Part shown: positions 1-8,760 of the stretch, piece after piece | Layout: every line of letters begins with the position of its first letter | How positions within the stretch are numbered: the first letter of the stretch is position 1 | NCBI GenBank assembly: GCA_049317925.1 | Contig: JBMOHI010000001.1 | Location: 1-42,475 of the forward strand | Direction of reading: 5' to 3' | DNA: 42,475 nt | From: Terrimicrobiaceae bacterium | Lineage (GTDB): Bacteria > Verrucomicrobiota > Verrucomicrobiia > Chthoniobacterales > Terrimicrobiaceae | The notes under the pieces: generated by a model | Seen by the model: only the letters and a program-made list of their open reading frames with translations | Told to the model about the DNA's origin: nothing | Database searches by the model: none | Position numbers and translations under genes: made by a program

Positions 1-235
1 CGTAAACCACGTCCACCTCCGCGCTGGCCAGCAGTTCGTGATAGTCCGCGGTCAGGAGTTTGACCGTGGGAACCTGCCGGAACCACTCGCGTTGTTTTTC
101 GGCCAGGTCGCAGACGGCGGTTAACTCGGCCTGAACGGGAAAGTTCTCCAGCACGAACCAACGCGCCAGCGCGCTGGCCACTTCGCGTCCCATCAATCCT
201 CCGCCGATGATGCCGACTTTTACGGGAGAACTCAT
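1..235 (-). CDS. Gfo/Idh/MocA-family NAD(P)-dependent oxidoreductase, N-terminal fragment (gene continues beyond left edge)
   Basis: Minus-strand ATG at complement of 233-235. Translation reads MSSPVKVGIIGGGLMGREVASALARWFVLENFPVQAELTAVCDLAEKQREWFRQVPTVKLLTADYHELLASAEVDVVY, with a Rossmann GxGxxG start typical of the family. Absent from the ORF track because it is cut by the window edge. Confidence 0.65.
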   Translation of the reverse strand, partial: MSSPVKVGIIGGGLMGREVASALARWFVLENFPVQAELTAVCDLAEKQREWFRQVPTVKLLTADYHELLASAEVDVVY

Positions 236-243
236 GGCGGGTG

Positions 244-1074
244 CTATTTCAAAAAGGTGGCGGCCTGAGTTGCGCTGGCACCGTCGTGCACAATGGCCAT
301 GAGCGCCTTGGTCATTCCGGCCGGATTGGCGTGCTGAATCACATTGCGGCCATAGACGATTCCGGCCACGCCTTGTTGGATCAAGGCTTCGGTCCGTTCC
401 AGGATTTCCTGATCCGGAGCCTTGCCACCACCGCGGACCAGGACCGGAATGCGCCCGGAAATTTCCACCACCTTGTGATAGACGCTCACATCGTCGGTGG
501 GGTCCGCCTTGATGATGTCCGCCCCGAGTTCGACCGCCTGACGGACGAGGGGAAGAATCTTTCTCGGGTCGCCATCCACCATGTAGCCGCCTGCGCTTTC
601 GTTGGCTTGAAAGACCAGGGGTTCAATCATCAAGGGCATGCCGAAGCGATCACACTCCGGTTTGATTTTGAGAATGTTCTGGATGCAGTGATCGGAAACT
701 TCCGGTTCGTTGGGAATACGGAAGAGATTGACCACCACGCAGGTCGCGTCGAGCCGCAGGGCTTGTTCGACCGGATTCTCAATCATCCGGCTATGAAGGG
801 CGCGGGGCAGTTCGCGACCATAGACATTGGCCACATCGGTTCGCAGAACTAGGGACGGCTTGAAACGTCCCGGCAGACTCTGCAGCACCGGGGCCTGTCC
901 GATGGTCAACTGAATGGCGTCCGGAGCGGCGTCCACCAGCACCCGGATGGCTTCCTCGATATTCTCAATTCCGCCCAGAAAGGACGTCTCGTTGAAGAAG
1001 CCATGGTCAATCGCCACGTCGAAACAGCGGTTCGATTTGGGGTTGAAAAGACGATTGAGGCGGAAGGTTTTCAT
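244..1074 (-). CDS. Class I aldolase, DhnA/FbaB/LsrF (DeoC-like) family
   Basis: ORF 244..1122. The likely start is the internal ATG at 1074 (MKTFRLNRLFNPKSNRCFDVAIDHGFF...). Carries a Schiff-base lysine context ADIIKAD and a TIM-barrel aldolase-like C-terminal half (VLVRGGGK...GIVYGRNV). Confidence 0.8.
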   Translation of the reverse strand: MKTFRLNRLFNPKSNRCFDVAIDHGFFNETSFLGGIENIEEAIRVLVDAAPDAIQLTIGQAPVLQSLPGRFKPSLVLRTDVANVYGRELPRALHSRMIENPVEQALRLDATCVVVNLFRIPNEPEVSDHCIQNILKIKPECDRFGMPLMIEPLVFQANESAGGYMVDGDPRKILPLVRQAVELGADIIKADPTDDVSVYHKVVEISGRIPVLVRGGGKAPDQEILERTEALIQQGVAGIVYGRNVIQHANPAGMTKALMAIVHDGASATQAATFLK

Positions 1075-1212
1075 GAGAAGGGCTAATGATTGGATGTGAG
1101 TAATAAATATCAAAACGCTCATGACTCAATGAAAATGATCCGGGGCATCCGGCGCCGAAGCTTTCAAGGGCGCGCTTTACATGATCCCGCAGCCTCAAAT
1201 ATCAATAAGCCT

Positions 1213-2880
1213 GTGTTCACCTCACTTGGTCTTGATTACGGCACAAACTCCGTCCGCGCTCTGATCGTGGATTGCTCCAATGGAGCGGAACTCGGCTCCG
1301 CTGTGGTGGATTATCCGAGCGGACACCAGGGGGTTCTGCTCGACCGCCACAACCACCATCTGGCCCGCCAGAATCCGGCTGACTATCTCTACGGACTGGA
1401 GAAAGCGGTGCGGGGGGCGCTGGAGCAGGCTTCGCACAAAACGGGATTCGGTCCCGAAACGCTGGTTGGCATCGGGGTGGATACGACGGGTTCAAGTCCG
1501 TTGCCGGTCGACGCGCGGAATCGTGCGCTGGCCGCTGATCCGAAATGGGAGAGCGACCTGAATGCCCAGTGCTGGCTGTGGAAGGATCATACCAGTCACG
1601 AGGAAGCCGCCGCCATCACGCGCCTGGCTGCGCAGCATCGCCCGCACTTCATCGCGAAATGCGGGAACACCTACTCGTCGGAATGGTTCTGGTCGAAAAT
1701 CTGGCACTGCCTGAAAACCGCTCCCGCCGTCTTTGATGCCGCCTTCAGTTGGGTCGAGTTGGCCGACTGGGTGCCATCGGTTCTAGCGGGAGTGACGGAT
1801 CCGCGGGCTATCAAGCGTGGGGTCTGCATGGCCGGCCACAAGGCCCTTTACTGCGATGAGTGGGGCGGTTTGCCGGACAAGGAATTTCTCGCCCTGCTGG
1901 ATCCGGGGCTGGCTGAACTGCGCGACCGGCTTTACGACGAGGCCCACGACGCGACGGTGTCCGCCGGAAACCTCTGCCCGGAATGGGCGGAGAAACTCGG
2001 ACTGCCCGCCGGCATTCCCATCGCCATCGGGGAGATGGATGTTCACTACGGGGCCATCGGGAGCGGAGTTCGCGAGGGCACGCTGGTCAAAGTGATCGGT
2101 ACATCCACCTGCGATTGCGGGGTGGTATCGGCGGATAAGGTCGTGCCCGACATCCCCGGGATCTGCGGCATCGTCAAGGGCGCGATCCTGCCCGGTTTTT
2201 ACGGCATCGAGGCAGGTCAGTCGGCCGTGGGTGATATTTTCAAATGGTGGGTTGAAGTCGTTTGTCAGGGTGACGGCGCTTTGCATGGACAACTCACCCG
2301 CGAAGCGTCCGATCTCCGTCCCGGTCAGAGCGGACTGCTGGCCCTCGATTGGAACAACGGCAACCGCACCATTCTGGTCGATCCCATGCTGACCGGTCTT
2401 CTGCTGGGACAGACCCTTTACACCAGCCGGGCCGAGATTTATCGCGCCCTGATTGAGGCGACGGCGTTTGGTGCACGCGCCATCATTGAGCGCATCAAAG
2501 AATATGGCGTGCCGGTGGAGAATGTCGTGTGCGCCGGCGGCATTGCGGAGAAGAATCCCTTCGCCATGCAGGTCTATGCCGACATCACCGGCTGCACCAT
2601 CCGCGTGGCCGGGTCCAGTCAGGCCTGTGCGTTAGGTGCCGCGGTTTCCGCTGCGGTCCTGGCCGGACAGCACGCGGACTTTCCCTCGGCCCAGGCGGCC
2701 ATGACTTCGCTCAAGGACGTCGCCTACACGCCCAATCTGGAAAACCAAAAAATCTACGATGATCTCTACCGGCTCTACCGGCTCGTTCACGACGCCTTCG
2801 GTGGAGTGAACAGGAACGCCGATCTGTCCCGCGTGATGAAGGACCTCATCGCAATCAAGGAGAAACGAAATCAATCATGA
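1213..2880 (+). CDS. araB: Ribulokinase (FGGY carbohydrate kinase)
   Basis: ORF 1090..2880. The N-terminal kinase motif [16 protein letters not shown] sits right after an in-frame GTG at 1213. The ATGs at 1090, 1129 and 1135 would add an atypical Arg-rich extension, so the start is uncertain. The stop overlaps the araA start (ATGA at 2877-2880). Confidence 0.9.
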   Translation: MFTSLGLDYGTNSVRALIVDCSNGAELGSAVVDYPSGHQGVLLDRHNHHLARQNPADYLYGLEKAVRGALEQASHKTGFGPETLVGIGVDTTGSSPLPVDARNRALAADPKWESDLNAQCWLWKDHTSHEEAAAITRLAAQHRPHFIAKCGNTYSSEWFWSKIWHCLKTAPAVFDAAFSWVELADWVPSVLAGVTDPRAIKRGVCMAGHKALYCDEWGGLPDKEFLALLDPGLAELRDRLYDEAHDATVSAGNLCPEWAEKLGLPAGIPIAIGEMDVHYGAIGSGVREGTLVKVIGTSTCDCGVVSADKVVPDIPGICGIVKGAILPGFYGIEAGQSAVGDIFKWWVEVVCQGDGALHGQLTREASDLRPGQSGLLALDWNNGNRTILVDPMLTGLLLGQTLYTSRAEIYRALIEATAFGARAIIERIKEYGVPVENVVCAGGIAEKNPFAMQVYADITGCTIRVAGSSQACALGAAVSAAVLAGQHADFPSAQAAMTSLKDVAYTPNLENQKIYDDLYRLYRLVHDAFGGVNRNADLSRVMKDLIAIKEKRNQS

Positions 2881-4385
2881 AAAACCTTCCCGCTTCCGAA
2901 ATCTGGTTCGTCACCGGCTCCCAGCACCTCTACGGCCCCGGCCCGCTCAAGCAGGTTGCGGCCAACTCCCGTAAGGTCGTGGCCGAACTCAACGCCGCGC
3001 TCCCGCTCAAGCTCGTTTTCAAATCGGTTCTGACCACGCCGGAGGAGATCCGCACCCTTTGTCTCGAGGCCACCAACGATCCCAAGTGTGCCGGCCTCGT
3101 CCTCTGGATGCACACCTTCTCGCCGTCGAAAATGTGGATCGGCGGATTGAGCGTGCTGCGCAAGCCGTTCCTGCACCTTCACACCCAGTTCAATCGGGAC
3201 CTTCCGTGGAGCGAGATCGACATGGATTTCATGAATCTCAACCAGGCTGCCCACGGCGACCGCGAGGCCGGATTCATTCACTCCCGCCTGCGGCTGAATC
3301 GCAAGGTCGTGGTCGGTCATTGGTCCGACGCCGAAGTGCAGGCCCGCATTGCCGCGTGGATGCGGGCGGCCCGGGCCTGGCACGACTGGCAGGGCGCGAA
3401 GTTTGCCCGCTTCGGCGACAACATGCGCTACGTGGCCGTGACGGATGGCGACAAAGTTTCCGCCGAGGCGAAGTTCGGCTATTCGGTCAATGGTTACGGC
3501 ATCGGCGATCTGGTCGAGCACGTCAACGCCGCCAGCGAAAGCGCGGTCAACAAACTCTGCGCCGAATACGAGGCGACCTACCGCGTGGCCGAGCCTCTGC
3601 GTAAAGGCGGAGACCGCCATGAATCCCTGCGCGACGGCGCGCGCATCGAACTGGGCCTGCGTTCGTTTTTGAAGGACGGGGATTTCAAGGGCTTCACCAC
3701 CACCTTCGAAGACCTGCGTGGTCTCAAACAACTGCCCGGCCTGGCCGTGCAGCGTCTGATGGCTGACGGATACGGCTTCGGCGCGGAGGGCGACTGGAAA
3801 ACCTGTGCGCTTTTGCGCGCGATGAAAGTCATCGCGGACGGGTTGAAGGGCGGCACGTCCTTCATGGAGGACTACACCTACCATCTCGATCCCAAGGGTC
3901 ATCAGGTGCTTGGTTCGCACATGTTGGAAGTTTGTGAATCCATCGCCGCCGGCCAGCCATCACTGGAGATTCATCCGCTCGGCATCGGCGGTAAGGAAGA
4001 TCCCGTGCGGCTTGTTTTCGACGCCCCGCCCGGACCGGCCATCAATGCGTCCATCGTCGATCTCGGCAACCGCTTCCGTCTCATCGTCAACGAAGTGCAG
4101 GTGTTTAAACCGCAAAAACCGTTGCCGAAACTTCCCGTGGCCCGCGCGGTCTGGGAATGCCGCCCGGATTTCAAAACCGCCTGCGCCGCCTGGATTTATG
4201 CGGGCGGAGCCCATCACACCGGCTTCAGCTACTCCGTCACGACCGAGCACCTCGAAGACCTGGCGGAGATCGCCGGCGTCGAACTGGTCGTTATCGACGC
4301 CAAGACCGAGATCCGGAGCTTCAAGCAGGAACTCCGCCAGAACGAAGTTTACTATCACCTCGCGCCGGGCCTTGGGCGGCTCTAA
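2877..4385 (+). CDS. araA: L-arabinose isomerase
   Basis: 502 aa, [27 protein letters not shown]... Full-length AraA-like sequence, translationally coupled to araB. Confidence 0.95.
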   Translation: MKNLPASEIWFVTGSQHLYGPGPLKQVAANSRKVVAELNAALPLKLVFKSVLTTPEEIRTLCLEATNDPKCAGLVLWMHTFSPSKMWIGGLSVLRKPFLHLHTQFNRDLPWSEIDMDFMNLNQAAHGDREAGFIHSRLRLNRKVVVGHWSDAEVQARIAAWMRAARAWHDWQGAKFARFGDNMRYVAVTDGDKVSAEAKFGYSVNGYGIGDLVEHVNAASESAVNKLCAEYEATYRVAEPLRKGGDRHESLRDGARIELGLRSFLKDGDFKGFTTTFEDLRGLKQLPGLAVQRLMADGYGFGAEGDWKTCALLRAMKVIADGLKGGTSFMEDYTYHLDPKGHQVLGSHMLEVCESIAAGQPSLEIHPLGIGGKEDPVRLVFDAPPGPAINASIVDLGNRFRLIVNEVQVFKPQKPLPKLPVARAVWECRPDFKTACAAWIYAGGAHHTGFSYSVTTEHLEDLAEIAGVELVVIDAKTEIRSFKQELRQNEVYYHLAPGLGRL

Positions 4386-4421
4386 AGAGGGAGGGTCGCA
4401 GGCCCTTGCGACCGATTCACA

Positions 4422-5117
4422 ATGAACTACCACGCCATTCAGGACGAGTGTTACGAAGCGAACATGCTGCTGCCGAAGTTCGGCCTGGTTGATCTCACCT
4501 TCGGCAACGTCAGTGTGATTGACCGCACCAGCGGCATTTTCGGAATCAAACCCAGCGGGGTGGACTATGCCGCGCTGAAGCCCTCGGACATTGTCCTGCT
4601 CGACCTCGACGGTCGCCAGGTCAGCGGCACCTTGCGGCCCTCATCCGACACTCCTACCCATTTGCGTCTATTCCAGGCGTTTCCCTCCATCCGCGCCGTG
4701 GTCCACACTCATTCGCGGCATGCGGTTTCTTTTGCTCAGGCGGGACGCGGCATTCCCTGTCTCGGCACGACTCACGCCGATTATTTTTATGGCGAAGTGC
4801 CGGTCACGCGTCCGCTGACACCGGAGGAAATCGGGGGAGCCTACGAACGCGAAACCGGCAACGTCATTGTCGAACGCTTTGCTGGCCTCGATCCGCTGCA
4901 AGTTCCCGCGGTGCTGGTGCATGGACACGGTCCGTTTGCCTGGGGCTCCTCGGGAGCCAAGGCGGTGGAAAACGCGTTCGCCCTTGAAGTCGTGGCGGAA
5001 ATGGCCTGGAAAGCTCTCCAGATCAATCCCCAAGCCAGCCCGATTTCCCAGGCCCTGCTCGACAAACACTTCCTGCGCAAACACGGACCCGGCGCCTACT
5101 ACGGGCAGAAGCCCTAA
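4422..5117 (+). CDS. araD: L-ribulose-5-phosphate 4-epimerase (class II aldolase fold)
   Basis: 231 aa with AraD-like motifs (GNVSVIDR, VVHTHSRHAV, HGHGPFAWG). Third gene of the araBAD arrangement. Confidence 0.95.
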   Translation: MNYHAIQDECYEANMLLPKFGLVDLTFGNVSVIDRTSGIFGIKPSGVDYAALKPSDIVLLDLDGRQVSGTLRPSSDTPTHLRLFQAFPSIRAVVHTHSRHAVSFAQAGRGIPCLGTTHADYFYGEVPVTRPLTPEEIGGAYERETGNVIVERFAGLDPLQVPAVLVHGHGPFAWGSSGAKAVENAFALEVVAEMAWKALQINPQASPISQALLDKHFLRKHGPGAYYGQKP

Positions 5118-6169
5118 AGCGGGGAGACGGGAGCAGGGAGCGGGGAGGGGACTTTCACCCCTCGCAGATGGTCGAAGCCAACCAGCTTGCGGCCCCGTTC
5201 GTCCCAAAGTCGATAGGTCATGCATTTGAGGCTGCCCAGCAGGCTGATTGACGACACGGTTTGAAAGAGTGGTTCGGCGTAGTGGCAGCGTTCGAGATTG
5301 TAATTGGGAATGCGCGGGCTGAGATGATGGATGTGGTGGAATCCGATGTTGCCGGAGAACCATTGCAAGACCCTCGGCAGCTTGTAGAACGAACTGCCCT
5401 TGAAGGCGGCCTCGGCGAAATCCCATTCTTCCTCGCGCTCCCAATAGACTCCCTCGAATTGGTGCTGCACATAAAACAGCCACGTGCCTAGGCCGCCCGC
5501 TACCGCGATCACCGCGATTTGCAGCACGAGATAGGGAACAAGGCCGAAAATGAAGCTCATCCCGACGATCAAACCCAGCAGGGCGAGGTTGGTCCAATGG
5601 ACCGAGCGGCGTTCGCCCGGACTGGCCTCGTTCGAGTGGGGCAGGCGGTGCTTGACCAGAAACATGGCCATCGGGATCAGTCCGAATAGGATCACGGGAT
5701 TGCGCACAAACCGGTAGCCCAGCTTTTTCCAGCGCGAGGCGGCGAGATATTCCTCCACGGTCATGGTGGGAACATCGCCGGTCCCCCGGTGATCGAGGTC
5801 GGCGGCGGTACTGTGATGCAGGGCATGTTCCTTGCGCCACAGGGAATAGGGCGTAAACGTCAGCACGCCGGTAAGAAATCCCGTCACATCGTTGGCCGTC
5901 CGCGTTTTAAAGAACGAACCGTGTCCGCAGTCGTGGAAAATGATGAAGATCCGCACAAGTAATCCTCCGGCCAGGATGGTCAGCGCCGCCGTGAGCCAGA
6001 GCGAAACCGAGAGACTCCAAAACATGAGCCCCCACACCGCGAGGTAACCACCGACCGAATTGACCAATTGCCAGACCGCACGAGAAAGGGAAGGCCGCTG
6101 ATACTTCCGCACGATTTCCCGCCAGCCCTCGGAAGATGTTTCTTTCTCAAGAGCAACGGTGGATTCCAT
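5114..6169 (-). CDS. Membrane fatty acid desaturase (three His-box type)
   Basis: ORF 5114..6226. Likely start is the ATG at 6169 (MESTVALEKE...). His boxes HDCGH, HALHH and HHIHH plus hydrophobic segments. The stop overlaps the araD stop by 4 nt (convergent). Confidence 0.9.
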   Translation of the reverse strand: MESTVALEKETSSEGWREIVRKYQRPSLSRAVWQLVNSVGGYLAVWGLMFWSLSVSLWLTAALTILAGGLLVRIFIIFHDCGHGSFFKTRTANDVTGFLTGVLTFTPYSLWRKEHALHHSTAADLDHRGTGDVPTMTVEEYLAASRWKKLGYRFVRNPVILFGLIPMAMFLVKHRLPHSNEASPGERRSVHWTNLALLGLIVGMSFIFGLVPYLVLQIAVIAVAGGLGTWLFYVQHQFEGVYWEREEEWDFAEAAFKGSSFYKLPRVLQWFSGNIGFHHIHHLSPRIPNYNLERCHYAEPLFQTVSSISLLGSLKCMTYRLWDERGRKLVGFDHLRGVKVPSPLPAPVSPL

Positions 6170-6247
6170 GCCGCATGCTAGCGGTCTCCTGCTGTCAAGC
6201 AATGGGGTATTTACCCCATTGCGCAAACCCGGTCAGAATGTTTGGCC

Positions 6248-7699
6248 TCAGCCTTCTCCGGGACCTCGCTCCGCGCGTCGCAGTCTTCGCGCACGTCGGA
6301 TTCCTCGCATTCGCTCCAGGAGAAGGAGAGATCCCATCACGACCAACGCCATCGAGCCGGGCTCGGGGATCGGGTTGGGGAAGCCGCCGGCCTGGGCGGC
6401 GAAGAAAACGTTCGGATCGGTCAACCCGTGCTCGTTCGGCCGCACGCCCATATAGCCATTCTCGGCGTCGTACAGCATGTCGAACGCCTTGAAAACGTTC
6501 CGGCCCGTATTGAAAAAATTCTCCCGGTAGGGAAGCTGGTTTTGCGAGTAAACGCCATCGGTTCCCGGGGCCGAGACCTCCAGTTTGGTGGGATTCAGCA
6601 CGTTGTTGGCATCGGATGGATCAATGAGGTAGCCCACCAGGCTGCCCGAATTCACCAGGTAAACGGAGACCGGCGTCGTCACTTCGCTGTCAGGAACCAG
6701 ACCGGGGGCACTGATGTAGGCTCCGGAGATCCCGGAGTCCATTACAACCGAACCCGGTCCGTTGGTCGTCCCTGAAACGACGGTCTGACCCATGGGAGTC
6801 TGCCAGTCGGGCACGGAATTCGTCGAGGCATAGATGGTGGGATTCAGGGTGGTGTAGGCATAGCCGCTCTCGTCGGCAGTGAGCCCGAGCTTGATGCCGG
6901 TTTTTGTGACGACGTAGCCGGACACGAGCGTTCCGTTCTGCATGGCGTCCAGATTGAGCAGGGGATTGTAGATCTGGTTCATGTTGTTTCCGACAGGTCC
7001 GGTGCCGCCGGGCGCGCCGTTGAGATCGAATCCGATGCCGAAGTTGGAGACGTCTTTGATCAGTCCCGGAGCATTGTTGGCGTAGGAAATTGTCTGGTTG
7101 ACGCTGGACCCGTTGTTGACGAGTTGCACCACGTATTCGCCCTTGGAAGCGTCGTAAACGATGGGCACGGTGCCACCTCCGTCGAGGTTGACCGTGCCGG
7201 AGGTTCCCGTCACGCCGAACGTTGCCGTTTTGCCCACTTGGGCGCCGAGGGTGGAAACGTGGAGGACATTAAACGTCGAACCAACGGTGGTGGAGCTATT
7301 ATTCTTGTCCGTGACGTTAAACTCCACCGTGATCAGGGACCAGGTGCCCGTGCTCACCCGGCCCGAGCTGGTGAGTTGGACCTCGCCCGGATACGGATTC
7401 GCACCGAGCACAAAGTCGTCACCGAATCGGCCGTAAAGTCCCCGCGATCCGGTGTCCACGTTGAAGCTGAGAGTGTGTCCGCCGACTTTGGCATCAATTG
7501 TCACATCGCTGGTATTGGACGGCGCGAAGGAAGTCCCGCCGGAGTAACTCAGGAAATAATAGTCGGATTGCAGATAGCCATCGAAGGGATTGTTGGCAGC
7601 CGGGAGAATCTCGCCGCCGAAGAAAACTGCCAGGAGAAGGGCAAGGGAAACCTTGCCCGAAATCGTTGCCGCGGTGTTGAGTTGTTCGGGGCCGCTCAT
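6248..7699 (-). CDS. Secreted PEP-CTERM-anchored protein with pepsin-like (two-lobe DTG/DSG) aspartic protease signature
   Basis: ORF 6248..7750. Likely start is the ATG at 7699 (MSGPEQ...), followed by signal-like VSLALLLAVFFGG. Motifs: LSFNVDTGSRGLY (Asp codon 7454-7456), FGIGFDL, VVMDSGISGAYI (Asp codon 6737-6739) and C-terminal GRNVFKAFDMLYDAENGYMGV. The C-terminus PIPEPGSMALVVMGSLLLLERMRGIRRARR is a PEP-CTERM sorting signal. Confidence 0.8.
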   Translation of the reverse strand: MSGPEQLNTAATISGKVSLALLLAVFFGGEILPAANNPFDGYLQSDYYFLSYSGGTSFAPSNTSDVTIDAKVGGHTLSFNVDTGSRGLYGRFGDDFVLGANPYPGEVQLTSSGRVSTGTWSLITVEFNVTDKNNSSTTVGSTFNVLHVSTLGAQVGKTATFGVTGTSGTVNLDGGGTVPIVYDASKGEYVVQLVNNGSSVNQTISYANNAPGLIKDVSNFGIGFDLNGAPGGTGPVGNNMNQIYNPLLNLDAMQNGTLVSGYVVTKTGIKLGLTADESGYAYTTLNPTIYASTNSVPDWQTPMGQTVVSGTTNGPGSVVMDSGISGAYISAPGLVPDSEVTTPVSVYLVNSGSLVGYLIDPSDANNVLNPTKLEVSAPGTDGVYSQNQLPYRENFFNTGRNVFKAFDMLYDAENGYMGVRPNEHGLTDPNVFFAAQAGGFPNPIPEPGSMALVVMGSLLLLERMRGIRRARRLRRAERGPGEG

Positions 7700-7734
7700 A
7701 GATTGGCCTCTCAATAGCAACCGGGCGCGGGTTG

Positions 7735-7755
7735 TCAACCCGCGCGGCATGCCTC
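7735..7755 (-). terminator. GC-rich hairpin (9-bp stem, 3-nt loop) between the hypothetical gene and the PEP-CTERM protease gene; possible intercistronic terminator or attenuator
   Basis: GCGCGGGTT-GTC-AACCCGCGC read directly from the sequence. No clear U-tract follows, so the function is uncertain. Confidence 0.25.
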
Positions 7756-7788
7756 CCCGGACAGGATACCGGCAATGCGCTATCGCTG

Positions 7789-8187
7789 TTAATCCGCCGC
7801 CGGCCTGAATCGGGCGGCTTGGAGCATTTGATCATGGCCGGCCTCTGCCACTCCCTCGCTGACCAGTCTCTCGCTGTCACTACGACCCTCGTCATCCTCA
7901 TCTTCGCTGCCGGCTTCGGCAGCCTTGTGACCTTCCGAGCCGGGCAAGGGATTCCACCGTTCGGCTTCGGAGGCGGATTCCAGTGCCGCCTCGTTCGGGT
8001 CTTCCTCCGGCTGGCCGGTGAGTTCGCGTCTGGCTTGGTCCCAATCGGAGATTGAGACTTCGTGGGCGGCCCGGCCATTGATGAGAGCCAGTTCGACGGC
8101 GCGTTCCCGCACCATCCCGCGGGTTATGGTGCCAATGCCGGAGGCGTTTTCGGTCAGGACACCTTGCTTCAGGGGATTCGTGGTCAT
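7789..8187 (-). CDS. Hypothetical acidic protein (DUF2934-like N-terminal pattern)
   Basis: 132 aa with an ATG start at 8187 and GC-rich third codon positions. N-terminus VRERAVELALINGRAAHEVSISDWDQARREL resembles the R-ERA-EL...GR...DW..A..EL pattern. The C-terminal half is acidic and low-complexity. Confidence 0.55.
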   Translation of the reverse strand: MTTNPLKQGVLTENASGIGTITRGMVRERAVELALINGRAAHEVSISDWDQARRELTGQPEEDPNEAALESASEAERWNPLPGSEGHKAAEAGSEDEDDEGRSDSERLVSEGVAEAGHDQMLQAARFRPAAD

Positions 8188-8211
8188 GGGATAAAAAACA
8201 ATGTTCGGCAG

Positions 8212-8373
8212 TTAGTTCGGATTGGTAATCTTCTTCGGGCCGCCAGCATCAGGAGGTTCGCTGGATTTCGAAACCGGACTATCCAGCTTCTTAATCTTCG
8301 GGTCGCCGAGGGCCTGCTTGAGATCGCGCCGGAGTTGCTCCGGGGTTTTGGAAAAGACAAATACTGTACCCAT
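8212..8373 (-). CDS. Small hypothetical protein, 53 aa (below ORF-track cutoff)
   Basis: Manual translation: MGTVFVFSKTPEQLRRDLKQALGDPKIKKLDSPVSKSSEPPDAGGPKKITNPN, then TAA. Same strand as its neighbours and 24 nt upstream of the next gene. I recognise no family. Confidence 0.3.
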   Translation of the reverse strand: MGTVFVFSKTPEQLRRDLKQALGDPKIKKLDSPVSKSSEPPDAGGPKKITNPN

Positions 8374-8422
8374 GGCGAAAGGGCGGGCATGTTCATGTTT
8401 ATGCGTTCCGGCTTCCCGTCTT

Positions 8423-8578
8423 TCAGATCCGGCCCATTGCCAGGAGGATCACAAGAATGACGAGCACCAGACCCAAGCCGCCGGTTGGACCGTAGCCCCA
8501 GTTTTTGCTGTGCGACCAGTTCGGGAGAGCCCCGAGCAACATGAGCACGAGAAGAACAATCAAGATCGTGCCTAACAT
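8423..8578 (-). CDS. DUF3309-family small membrane protein, 51 aa (below ORF-track cutoff)
   Basis: Manual translation: MLGTILIVLLVLMLLGALPNWSHSKNWGYGPTGGLGLVLVILVILLAMGRI, then TGA. Two hydrophobic helices flank a W.YGP.GG core, which is characteristic of DUF3309. Confidence 0.75.
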   Translation of the reverse strand: MLGTILIVLLVLMLLGALPNWSHSKNWGYGPTGGLGLVLVILVILLAMGRI

Positions 8579-8665
8579 AGGATTCCTTTATTCATGATCG
8601 CAGGATAGTCCCTCCGTTAGGCCGTCCGCTATGGGGTCTTTCCCTACCGTGACTGCCGCATCTTC

Positions 8666-8760
8666 GTAGCCGCCGTCGTAAGACGGTGGGCTCGAATTAG
8701 CCACGCTCTCACGAGCGCGGCTACGGTGTTGTTCGCGTAGCCGCCGTCGTGAGACGGTGG
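8666..8760. repeat. Cluster of three 24-nt REP-like hairpin units
   Basis: 8666-8689 GTAGCCGCCGTCGTAAGACGGTGG; 8701-8724 CCACGCTCTCACGAGCGCGGCTAC (inverse orientation); 8737-8760 GTAGCCGCCGTCGTGAGACGGTGG. Each unit is an 8-bp stem with a GTAA or GTGA loop. Confidence 0.85.

Noticed and set aside
8184-8396. 70-aa ORF from the track (MNMPALSPWVQYLS...)
   Set aside because: The translation is Arg/Ser/Pro-rich and unprotein-like. A different frame on the same strand gives the more plausible 53-aa ORF at 8212-8373.
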